Source: Lachnospiraceae bacterium
GTDB taxonomy: Bacteria > Bacillota > Clostridia > Lachnospirales > Lachnospiraceae
Direction: 5' to 3'
Assembly: GCA_963647625.1 (NCBI GenBank)
Contig: CAVJBW010000002.1
Span: 1 to 32,355 of the forward strand
Length of the DNA: 32,355 nt
Below the pieces are notes generated by a model that had not been told where the DNA came from, searched no databases, and saw nothing but the letters and a program-made list of their open reading frames with translations. Positions 16,420 through 24,662 of the stretch are shown one piece after another (positions within the stretch are counted from its first letter, which is position 1; each line of letters opens with the position of its first letter). Position numbers and translations under genes: made by a program.

Positions 16420-18453
16420 CTACACTATTTCCATTGCTGCAGTCCAAGCTTCTCGAACAGCATCTCCAATCTGTCTAGCCTTTACGCTATCTCCAACATT
16501 CCATACCGGGATATTAGCTGCTTGTGCTGCCTGCTTTAGTTCTTCTACAGGATGTGCTTTTCTTCCCATGGCATTGACTACAGAATCTGCATGAAGGGTA
16601 ATTTCCTGATCTCCTTGCTGCGCAACAACAAAGTCTTTTCCTACCTTGACGACCTTCGCTCCTACCTGGTATTTCACCCCAGTACGATCAATGGTATCAT
16701 GGACTGCGGTTCTATATAGTCCTGTAATATCTGGCATTAAACATTCTTGCATTTCCACAATGGTGGTTTCCACACCGTGGTCAATATAGTCACAAGCGGC
16801 TTCACAGCCTACCAATCCACCTCCAAGAACAATGGTGCTCTTGCCAAGTCCTGCAAAGTCATGTTCGTAAACATCCATTGCCGTAATGGCCTGTTCGATT
16901 CCTTCGATTGGAAGAATCAAATCATCTGAGCCCACTGCAAGAATGATGGCATCTGGCTGAATCTCTCCGATGAGTTCAGGAGTCACTTCACATTCAAGAC
17001 GTACCTCTACTGGACGTTTTGAAACCTCACGAATCAATAAGTCCTTGAAGTTGCGAATATCTACCTTGTGGTCTGTATGATCTGTAAAGTTAATCAAGCC
17101 TCCGAGCTTAGGGCTCTTTTCGCACAAAATCACCTGATGGCCTCTGTCTGCTGCAGTAATTGCTCCTTGCAATCCACCGCATCCACCACCAACAATCAAG
17201 ACTTTCTTGGCACTAGTAGGCTGTGGCATTAGTTCTGGTAAGATCTTGTGGTGAGAGGCTGGCCATACGGTATCTGGATTAATGGTACAAGAATCGAGAG
17301 GTGGGAACTTCACTGTCCATTTTTCCGTCTCATGCTCTCCGGATGGTCCTGGATAACATCTTCCACAGCGCAAGCAGCGGCGAATCTCATCTGCCTTGCC
17401 ATCCTTGGCTTTATTTGGAAATGCAGGATCTGCAAAGAACTGTCTTCCCATGGAAATCATATCGACTTTGCCTGCTGCAATAGCAGCTTCTCCCTGCTCT
17501 GGAGAATTAATTCCACCAACTACAGCAACTGGAATATTGACATTTTTCTTAATTGCTGCAGCATTTTCAATATTGGCACCATGTGGCGCATAAGCTGTGG
17601 TAAATTCCCAGCTTCTTGAAGAGCTTAAGTAATGACCACAGGATACATGAATCAGGTCAATATATGGCTCGCATAATTTGCAATATTCAATGGCATCTTC
17701 AAGGGTCAATCCTCCTGGCAGATGCTCATCGGAGCTGACACGAATCTCGATTAAAAAGTCAGGTCCCATGGCTTTACGAATTCCTGCTAGAAGCTCTGTG
17801 GTAAATCTGGCACGATTTTCAAAAGAACCACCATATTCATCTTCTCTTTTATTGTAAGCTGGGGATAAGAACTGGGCTGGCAGCCATCCATGACCACAAT
17901 GTACCATAACGCCTTCCCATCCTGCTGCTTCAAACCACTTACAGGCAGTCACATAGTCTTGGATCAGCTGTTGAATCTCCTCTTTTGTAAATGGTTCTAC
18001 ATGAGTCACTCCATCTGGAAGATCCTTTGGCGATGGTCCCTTTGGATTGACTCCATCTCCAAAATTGGTCTTGATTTCTCCTGTAGAAATCAATTCTCCA
18101 ATAGGAAGGGCTCCATAGCTCTTAATCATCTCAGCTGTTTTTTTAGTAATCTGAAAGACTTCATCCTCTCTTGAATGAAAGTCAATATTCGGCTCAAAAG
18201 GAAAGCGCTTGTCATAAGTATGATTTGGACTCAACTCTCCAAATACAACGCTTCCTGCTCCCCCTGCCGCTTTGGCCTCTAGCATACGATAGGCCCTTTC
18301 AGGTCCTGGTCCCACATAGTTGAAAGCATCTCCTTCAATGTAGTGAAGAAATGCAAATAATGCAGGTGCTGCCTCAATTCTGTTTTTAATAGTTTTTGAA
18401 CCTACTTGAATCGGACTAAACAAATGTGGAAAATATTGATTGGTCTGTGCCAT
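16420..18453 (-). CDS. NADH:flavin oxidoreductase (OYE-type TIM barrel + Fe-S + FAD/NAD Rossmann domains; 2,4-dienoyl-CoA reductase/BaiCD-like architecture)
   Basis: HCGHGWLPAQFLSP, NKREDEYGGSFENRARF, CLRCGRC...CTINP, VGGGCGG and LGGGLVGCE. Confidence 0.9.
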   Translation of the reverse strand: MAQTNQYFPHLFSPIQVGSKTIKNRIEAAPALFAFLHYIEGDAFNYVGPGPERAYRMLEAKAAGGAGSVVFGELSPNHTYDKRFPFEPNIDFHSREDEVFQITKKTAEMIKSYGALPIGELISTGEIKTNFGDGVNPKGPSPKDLPDGVTHVEPFTKEEIQQLIQDYVTACKWFEAAGWEGVMVHCGHGWLPAQFLSPAYNKREDEYGGSFENRARFTTELLAGIRKAMGPDFLIEIRVSSDEHLPGGLTLEDAIEYCKLCEPYIDLIHVSCGHYLSSSRSWEFTTAYAPHGANIENAAAIKKNVNIPVAVVGGINSPEQGEAAIAAGKVDMISMGRQFFADPAFPNKAKDGKADEIRRCLRCGRCYPGPSGEHETEKWTVKFPPLDSCTINPDTVWPASHHKILPELMPQPTSAKKVLIVGGGCGGLQGAITAADRGHQVILCEKSPKLGGLINFTDHTDHKVDIRNFKDLLIREVSKRPVEVRLECEVTPELIGEIQPDAIILAVGSDDLILPIEGIEQAITAMDVYEHDFAGLGKSTIVLGGGLVGCEAACDYIDHGVETTIVEMQECLMPDITGLYRTAVHDTIDRTGVKYQVGAKVVKVGKDFVVAQQGDQEITLHADSVVNAMGRKAHPVEELKQAAQAANIPVWNVGDSVKARQIGDAVREAWTAAMEIV

Positions 18454-18503
18454 CGTCTAACTCCTCCTTCTTTCCAAATACCTTCTGTAAATTTTCTGCC
18501 TTT

Positions 18504-18532
18504 ATCATATCTTGAACCTTTCTTCGTGGCAA
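18504..18532 (-). promoter_or_regulatory. Sigma-A promoter of the oxidoreductase
   Basis: TTGCCA-17 bp-TATGAT. Confidence 0.65.
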
Positions 18533-18536
18533 TCAT

Positions 18537-18578
18537 TAAAAAAAGTCTCAAATGTTGCTTAAGCGACACATGAGACTT
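18537..18578 (-). other. Inverted repeat / terminator-like hairpin between divergent genes
   Basis: Minus strand AAGTCTCAtgTGTCGC-TTAA-GCAACAttTGAGACTT-TTTTT. Confidence 0.6.
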
Positions 18579-18655
18579 ATATGTTGTTTATTTTATTTCT
18601 TTCTTTTTACGATATTATTACTTTTGTAAACTATTATTAAATCCAATTTTTTTTA

Positions 18656-18684
18656 TTGAAATGGCCGGCATTTCGTGGCATAGT
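18656..18684 (+). promoter_or_regulatory. Candidate promoter of the O-acyltransferase with an internal inverted repeat
   Basis: TTGAAA-17 bp-CATAGT preceded by TG. GAAATG-gccgg-CATTTC at 18658-18674. Confidence 0.4.
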
Positions 18685-18724
18685 TGTAGCAGTGAGTTTA
18701 AGAAAAAGAAAGTGAATCATAACT

Positions 18725-20611
18725 ATGAGTGACAACAAACATCCAACCTTACTAGCCCATATCACAGGACTTGATGGACTTCGAGCAATTGCGATTGCGG
18801 CAGTAACATTATTTCATTTATTTCCTAACCAAATTAAAGGTGGCTACTTAGGAGTCTCCTTATTTTTTATGCTTTCTGGCTTTTTGTTAACTTATTCTTC
18901 GGAGAGGCGATGCTATAAGTCCAACATGTCTGCGAGAAAGTTCTATCTCAACCGAATCCGGAGAATCTATCCACCTTTAATTATTGTGGCGGTGGTTACC
19001 ATTGGAACCCTTTATTTTGTTTCCCCGGAATCTCTTGGTGGCATGAGAAAGGAAGCTTTCAGCATCTTCTTTGGATATAATAACTGGTGGCAGATTGCTC
19101 AAAATGCAGACTACTTTACTAGAATATCAGGGATTTCACCCTTTACTCCGATCTGGTCCTTGGCCATTGAGCTTCAGTTCTACTTGATTTGGCCTCTTTT
19201 ATATGTGATCTACTTGTTCCTTCGGGTAAAGAAAAATGAAAAGTCAGCCCTTATGTTCCTTGGAATATTGACGATTCTTTCCTTTATTTATCTACCTGTT
19301 CGTTTCCTACTAGGAGGGAATATTACAAGGCTTTACTATGGAACCGATACTCGTATCCATGCTCTACTATTAGGTTCTTTAATTGGATTTGAGTATGTGC
19401 ATCCCCAGCTACGAAAAAGGCCTCACAAGTACTTTAAGCCAAAGCTTTGCTACGGTATCTGTTGGGGAATTGTTATCCTGGCTTGTTTATTCTTAGATGG
19501 ACAATATAACATCACCTATACCTTTGGACTGATTGGCATGGCCATTGTCTTCGCCTGCATTGTCCGCCTGACCGCGCAAAAAGATCTGCCATTTACACAT
19601 CACATGGAAGCGAAGCCTCTAAAATGGATTGGGGATAGAAGCTATGAGATCTACCTCTGGCAGTATCCTGTTTTGTTCTTATTTACCGAAGTGGGCTTGA
19701 ATGAACTGCCTTGCTATCGACTCCTCATTATTGTGATCGTCGTTGTATTAGCTGACCTGACCCACCGATTTATATCCTATATCACGGATCACAGCCAGCC
19801 TAATAGACTAAAAGATCTTGTTTCGCTCAAGATGCAATCAGCCCAGCTGAACTATCAGCGCGTTGCAAGTGTCATCCTCTGTATATTTATTGTCTGTGGC
19901 TGCCTAGGTCTAGCAAGTGCACCGGCAGAGAAAAATTCAGACACCACCCAGTTAAAGGAAACTTTGGCGAAGTCATCAAAGTATCTGAAAGAAGAAACAA
20001 AGGATAAACAGGATTCTAGTCTAGAAGATACTCCTAGTGAGACGAAGCCTTCTAATGTAGACGTTAGTAAGCTAGATTATAGCACTACTTCGAACAGCGC
20101 CTATGTATCTAAGGAAGGTATTGCTATGGTGGGAGACTCTGTCATGCTGGCCTGCGCTCTGCCCTTAGAAGAGGCTTTTCCAGACTCAACCATTGATGCT
20201 GCCGAATCTCGCTCCGTACCAGAAGGCGTCAGCATTGTAAAGGAACTTAAGAAAAAAGGAAAGTTAAAACACACGTTAGTTCTAGGCTTTGGCACCAATG
20301 GCATCATTTCAGATGCAAAAGCAAAGGAATTATTTGATATTATCCCAGATGATATCAGTGTCTTTTGGATCAATGTTCATGGAAATAAGCTTACTTGGAC
20401 CAAAGACAACAATAACAAGTTGCAGCAACTAGCCAAAGAGCACAAGAATCTCACCGTCATCGACTGGGATACTCCTGCTAAGTCCCATGAATCTTGGCTC
20501 TATAATGACGGCATCCACCCAAATACAAAAGGTGCCAAACAATATGCCAATCTCTTAACACAGACCATGGATAAGGTCATCGCAGAGCAGGAAGCTGTTC
20601 AGGCAAAATAA
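18725..20611 (+). CDS. oatA: OatA-like acyltransferase (AT3 membrane domain + SGNH domain)
   Basis: LDGLRAIA, GGYLGVSLFF, WSLAIELQFY, YYGTDTR, SYEIYLWQYP, then GDSV, GTNG and DGIHP. Confidence 0.88.
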   Translation: MSDNKHPTLLAHITGLDGLRAIAIAAVTLFHLFPNQIKGGYLGVSLFFMLSGFLLTYSSERRCYKSNMSARKFYLNRIRRIYPPLIIVAVVTIGTLYFVSPESLGGMRKEAFSIFFGYNNWWQIAQNADYFTRISGISPFTPIWSLAIELQFYLIWPLLYVIYLFLRVKKNEKSALMFLGILTILSFIYLPVRFLLGGNITRLYYGTDTRIHALLLGSLIGFEYVHPQLRKRPHKYFKPKLCYGICWGIVILACLFLDGQYNITYTFGLIGMAIVFACIVRLTAQKDLPFTHHMEAKPLKWIGDRSYEIYLWQYPVLFLFTEVGLNELPCYRLLIIVIVVVLADLTHRFISYITDHSQPNRLKDLVSLKMQSAQLNYQRVASVILCIFIVCGCLGLASAPAEKNSDTTQLKETLAKSSKYLKEETKDKQDSSLEDTPSETKPSNVDVSKLDYSTTSNSAYVSKEGIAMVGDSVMLACALPLEEAFPDSTIDAAESRSVPEGVSIVKELKKKGKLKHTLVLGFGTNGIISDAKAKELFDIIPDDISVFWINVHGNKLTWTKDNNNKLQQLAKEHKNLTVIDWDTPAKSHESWLYNDGIHPNTKGAKQYANLLTQTMDKVIAEQEAVQAK

Positions 20612-20617
20612 ATTTTT

Positions 20618-20651
20618 CGGGAACCTTTTCAATCTAAAGGTTCCCGTTTTT
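20618..20651 (+). terminator. Intrinsic terminator
   Basis: CGGGAACCTTT-tcaatct-AAAGGTTCCCG-TTTTT. Confidence 0.9.
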
Positions 20652-20704
20652 ATTTTAGATTTGCTATAATAAGTGAAATGTTTGAAAAATTGGAGGAATC
20701 ATAG

Positions 20705-21121
20705 ATGAGTTCATCTCTAAGTACAGAAGAAAAATTATATCGAACCCGCCTATTTCTAGAAACAGATATCAAAGTATTATCTGCGGCGGAAGAACCGAAT
20801 ACACAAGATATTGAAAAAGATCAGACAAGATTAAATCCCATCTTGCCTCTGATTGACGAGACGGAATATGAAAAGTGGCGGGAAGAATTCATTTCTAAGA
20901 CTTATGACAAGATCAAGGACCATGAATTCTTCACCTGCCCTTATATGATGGCTGGAATGGGGGTTACCCAAGCTTATGAAACCACCATTCCCGATGTGAA
21001 AATGGAAGAATTCAAAGCCTGGATTGCCAATATCCCTTCCGCCTTTATGGGCCAGCCAAGAGTGGCTAGCCAAGAAGAAATTATCAATTATATCGGCTTG
21101 CATGCCCTGCCTAAGGATTAG
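20705..21121 (+). CDS. Hypothetical protein (138 aa)
   Basis: GGAGG RBS and TGcTATAAT extended -10 at 20662-20670. Confidence 0.75.
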   Translation: MSSSLSTEEKLYRTRLFLETDIKVLSAAEEPNTQDIEKDQTRLNPILPLIDETEYEKWREEFISKTYDKIKDHEFFTCPYMMAGMGVTQAYETTIPDVKMEEFKAWIANIPSAFMGQPRVASQEEIINYIGLHALPKD

Positions 21122-21128
21122 ACTTTAT

Positions 21129-22367
21129 TTACTCTACAATCTCTCCTGCCAAAGCAGCCTTGGCTGCCATCACTGGAGATGCCAAGTAAATCTTCACCTT
21201 GCTTGAGCCCATACGCCCTAAGAAGTTTCGATTGTTAGTAGCAACAACCACTTCCTCATCTGCCAAAATACCCCCTGCACGGCCACAACATAAGCCGCAG
21301 CCTGGTGTGGTAATAATGGCACCTGCCTGGGATAAGATTTCCAAAGTACCGTCTTCTAAGGCTTCTTTGTAAATCTTTCTACTTGCCGGCGTTATGATCA
21401 GTCTTAAGTAAGGTGCTTTTTTCTTGCCTTTTAAGATCTCTGCTGCAGCATGAAGGTCTTCTAGTCGGCCATTGGTACAAGATCCGATAAAGACTTCATC
21501 TACCTTGGTCCCAACTAGCTGAGATACTGGCTTTATATTGTCCACTAGAGATGGACAGGCCATGACAGGAACGAGCTCTTCTGCTTTATAATAAAGTTCT
21601 CTAGCATAGGTAGCTCCTTCATCTGCTACGAGAGCCTTTAACTGATCATCATATGGAACTTGGCAATAAGCAGCGGTCTTTTCATCTGGTGCAAAAATGC
21701 CACACTTAGCTCCTGCCTCTACTGCCATATTGGACATGGTCATACGCTGCGCCACGCTCATGGCATCTATGGCGGAACCTGAAAATTCCAAAGATTGATA
21801 GGTTGCTCCCGATGCTGTCAAGTCTCCTATGACTCTTAAGATCACATCCTTAGAGGTAACACCTTTTGGCAAGGTTCCATCTACAACTACCTTAATGGAT
21901 TCTGGCACCTTCACCCAAAGCTTTCCTGTTCCTAGGATGCCAGCCATCTCTGTATAGCCAATGCCGGTAGAAAATGCTCCCACACAGCCATAAGTAACAG
22001 TATGGGAATCTGTTCCAAATGCAATATCTCCCGGCTTGACATATCCAGCCTCTGTCATAAGCTGATGGCAGATTCCATCCGTTCTATGAATATGTTTTAA
22101 ACCATATTTTTCTGCAAAGTCATCCGCCGCATGAAACTGGCGGGTATCATCGACCTGGGTTGCAGGAAGAAAATGGTCGTAGATAAAGACAATCTTCTCC
22201 GGATCATAGACCTTGTCAAAGCCCATTTCTTCGAACTTTTGAATGCAAAATGGGGCCATAATATCATCGACCATGCACCAATCCACATCCACCGTAATAA
22301 TATCACCAGGCTTTACTTCTTTGCCGACTTTATTTCCAAATACTTTTTCTATTAATGTATGTTTCAT
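21129..22367 (-). CDS. Aconitase-family (LeuC/HacA/DmdA-like) large subunit, copy 2
   Basis: DH, GICHQ, DSHT, GSCTNGR, PGCGLC and NRNFLGRMG. Confidence 0.9.
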   Translation of the reverse strand: MKHTLIEKVFGNKVGKEVKPGDIITVDVDWCMVDDIMAPFCIQKFEEMGFDKVYDPEKIVFIYDHFLPATQVDDTRQFHAADDFAEKYGLKHIHRTDGICHQLMTEAGYVKPGDIAFGTDSHTVTYGCVGAFSTGIGYTEMAGILGTGKLWVKVPESIKVVVDGTLPKGVTSKDVILRVIGDLTASGATYQSLEFSGSAIDAMSVAQRMTMSNMAVEAGAKCGIFAPDEKTAAYCQVPYDDQLKALVADEGATYARELYYKAEELVPVMACPSLVDNIKPVSQLVGTKVDEVFIGSCTNGRLEDLHAAAEILKGKKKAPYLRLIITPASRKIYKEALEDGTLEILSQAGAIITTPGCGLCCGRAGGILADEEVVVATNNRNFLGRMGSSKVKIYLASPVMAAKAALAGEIVE

Positions 22368-22388
22368 CTGGTTTTCTCTCCTAGCATC

Positions 22389-22883
22389 TTAGTCAAGACC
22401 ATTGCGTTTTCGCATGGCTTTTACAAGACCTCCTGCATTTAATATTTCCATAAGATTCTCTGGCAAGGAAGCGATTTCGTAGCTCTTTCCTTGGTATTCG
22501 ATACGATCTCCCGCAGTTACCTTGGCCATCTCGCCTTCAGTTACCACATCATACAAATCTTCATTTTCAATCAAAAGCAGACCATTGTTAATGGCATTTC
22601 TAAAAAAGATACGGGCAAAGGACTTTGCGACGATGCAGGAAATCCCTAGGGCTTTGACCACTTCAGGTGCTTGTTCTCTAGAAGAGCCACAGCCAAAATT
22701 CTTTCCTGCCACAATCATATCCCCTGGCTGAATCAATCCTGCAAGCTCAGGGCGCAGTGGCGAAAAGGCATATGGCTTCATATCTTCTACGGTCTTTAGG
22801 GCCAAATAATCTGTGGGCAGGATAATATCAGTATCAATATCATCTCCTAAGACCCAGATCTTTGCTGTAAATGTATCATTCAT
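22389..22883 (-). CDS. Aconitase-family (LeuD/HacB/DmdB-like) small subunit, copy 2
   Basis: DIDTD, NFGCGSSREQA and SFARIFFRNAIN. Confidence 0.9.
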   Translation of the reverse strand: MNDTFTAKIWVLGDDIDTDIILPTDYLALKTVEDMKPYAFSPLRPELAGLIQPGDMIVAGKNFGCGSSREQAPEVVKALGISCIVAKSFARIFFRNAINNGLLLIENEDLYDVVTEGEMAKVTAGDRIEYQGKSYEIASLPENLMEILNAGGLVKAMRKRNGLD

Positions 22884-22894
22884 TGTTCTTCTCC

Positions 22895-24142
22895 TTATAC
22901 GCGATCTGCCGTAGTAATCTCTCCAGCAATGGCCGATGCCGTTACTGTTTGGGCAGAGCCTAGATAGACAAAGGACTCCTTGTGTCCACAGCGTCCCTTA
23001 AAGTTTCTTGTTCCTGTAGAAATCAACACTTCACCTTCTCCAATGACTCCCTGGCAAGCTCCCCAGCATACGGAACAATTCGGATTCATAATAATGGCTC
23101 CTGCTTCTACGAAAATATCCAAAAGACCTTCCTTTAAGGCCTGATTGTATACGCTTCGGCTTGCAGGTACCACTAGAAATCTCACCTTGTCTGCTACCTT
23201 CTTGCCTTGAATCACCTTGGCTGCTGCTCGCAGATCTTCAATTCGACCGTTATTGCAAGAACCTAAGAAGGCTTCATTAATCTTGATGCCATAGCATTCA
23301 GATGCGGGTACTACGAGATCCACGAAATGCGGCTTGGCAACAATTGGTACAATTTCGCTCAAATCAATATCATAAGTCTCACAATAAATAGCATCGTCAT
23401 CTGAAGTGACAATAGCTTTTGGCTCTCTTCCATGTTCCTTTAGGTAGTCTAGGGCAACATCATCAACTTCCATTAAGGCAGTCTTGGCTCCCGCTTCTAC
23501 GCATAGGTTGCAGATAGAAATACGATCTGCCATGGTCAAGGTATGAAGGCCCTCGCCTCCAAATTCCATGGCTTTATAGTTGGCTCCATTGGCACTGATT
23601 CTACCAATAATAGTTAAGATCAAATCTCTTGCCGTTACCCCTTCTTGCAACTGTCCGGTTAAGTTGAACTTAATGCTCTCTGGAACCAAAAGCCAAGAAG
23701 TCCCTGTTACCATGGCATATAGATAGTCTGTACAACCAACTCCTGTTCCAAATGCTCCTAAGGCTCCATAGGCGCAGGTATGAGAATCCGCTCCGAAGAT
23801 CAGCTCTCCTGGTCTTACATGATTTTCCATCATCACCTGGTGACAGACTCCTTCTCCTTCATAGAACTTAATCTGATGCTCCTTGGCGAACTGACGCATC
23901 TTCTGATGAGAGGCTGCCGTCTTTGGGCTATCTGCAGGGATATTATGGTCTATAATCCAAACTAATTTGTCCACATCCGCAATCTGTGGATGCTTCAAAT
24001 TGTGATACATATCGATGGTCAGATGGGTGGTTCCATCATTACTCATAAGACGATCTAGTGTTACCGTCTCAATGTCTCCTGCCTTTGTAGACTCTACACC
24101 TGCAGCAAGGGCAATTATTTTTTCTGCCATTGTCATTCCCAT
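22895..24142 (-). CDS. Aconitase-family (LeuC/HacA/DmdA-like) large subunit, copy 1
   Basis: NDGT, DH, GVCHQ, DSHT, GSCNNGR, PNCSVC and TRNFKGR. Confidence 0.9.
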   Translation of the reverse strand: MGMTMAEKIIALAAGVESTKAGDIETVTLDRLMSNDGTTHLTIDMYHNLKHPQIADVDKLVWIIDHNIPADSPKTAASHQKMRQFAKEHQIKFYEGEGVCHQVMMENHVRPGELIFGADSHTCAYGALGAFGTGVGCTDYLYAMVTGTSWLLVPESIKFNLTGQLQEGVTARDLILTIIGRISANGANYKAMEFGGEGLHTLTMADRISICNLCVEAGAKTALMEVDDVALDYLKEHGREPKAIVTSDDDAIYCETYDIDLSEIVPIVAKPHFVDLVVPASECYGIKINEAFLGSCNNGRIEDLRAAAKVIQGKKVADKVRFLVVPASRSVYNQALKEGLLDIFVEAGAIIMNPNCSVCWGACQGVIGEGEVLISTGTRNFKGRCGHKESFVYLGSAQTVTASAIAGEITTADRV

Positions 24143-24145
24143 GAT

Positions 24146-24622
24146 CTACTCATCCTCCTTGTTCAGTGATGCGATTAATCCGCCTTGATCTAGAATCTCT
24201 TGCATCTTGGCCGGAAGCTTGGTGCAGGCATATTCTTTGCCTCCTGTATAAATCAAGCCTTTTTCTAGGTCAAGTTCCATTTCATCCCCGTCTACCACAA
24301 CATCATGTAGCTGTTTGCTGACAATAACTGGCATACCAATATTAATGGCATTGCGATAGAAGATTCTTGCAAATGATTTGGCTATCACTGCCTTGACTCC
24401 AAGGGCTTTTAACACGCTCGCTGCCTGCTCTCTTGAAGAGCCACAACCAAAATTCTCATCTGCTACTACAAAATCTCCCACCTGTACCTGGGATGCAAAA
24501 TCTCCATTTAAAGATTCAAAGGTATGCATCTTCATCTCATCAATCGTTGGAAACAAGAGATATTGAGATGCTATAATCTGGTCTGTATCCACGTCTTTAT
24601 CAAATCGGAAAATCTTTCCCAT
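24146..24622 (-). CDS. Aconitase-family (LeuD/HacB/DmdB-like) small subunit, copy 1
   Basis: DVDTDQII, NFGCGSSREQA and SFARIFYRNAIN. Confidence 0.9.
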   Translation of the reverse strand: MGKIFRFDKDVDTDQIIASQYLLFPTIDEMKMHTFESLNGDFASQVQVGDFVVADENFGCGSSREQAASVLKALGVKAVIAKSFARIFYRNAINIGMPVIVSKQLHDVVVDGDEMELDLEKGLIYTGGKEYACTKLPAKMQEILDQGGLIASLNKEDE

Positions 24623-24662
24623 GCTATTTCATATCCTCCTTTAAGTTGCCTTGTGGCCTAGT

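Noticed and set aside
16420..18453. Bilirubin reductase BilR or a bai gene
   Set aside because: It lacks the HGDR motif of BilR and there is no bai operon context.
21129..24622. Naming these genes leuC/leuD
   Set aside because: Two divergent pairs, no leuA/leuB, no T-box or attenuator, and deviant motifs. Symbols withheld.
24624..24632. ATG-AAA-TAG mini-ORF before D1
   Set aside because: It lies only 2 nt from the GGAGG, too close for efficient initiation, so probably chance.
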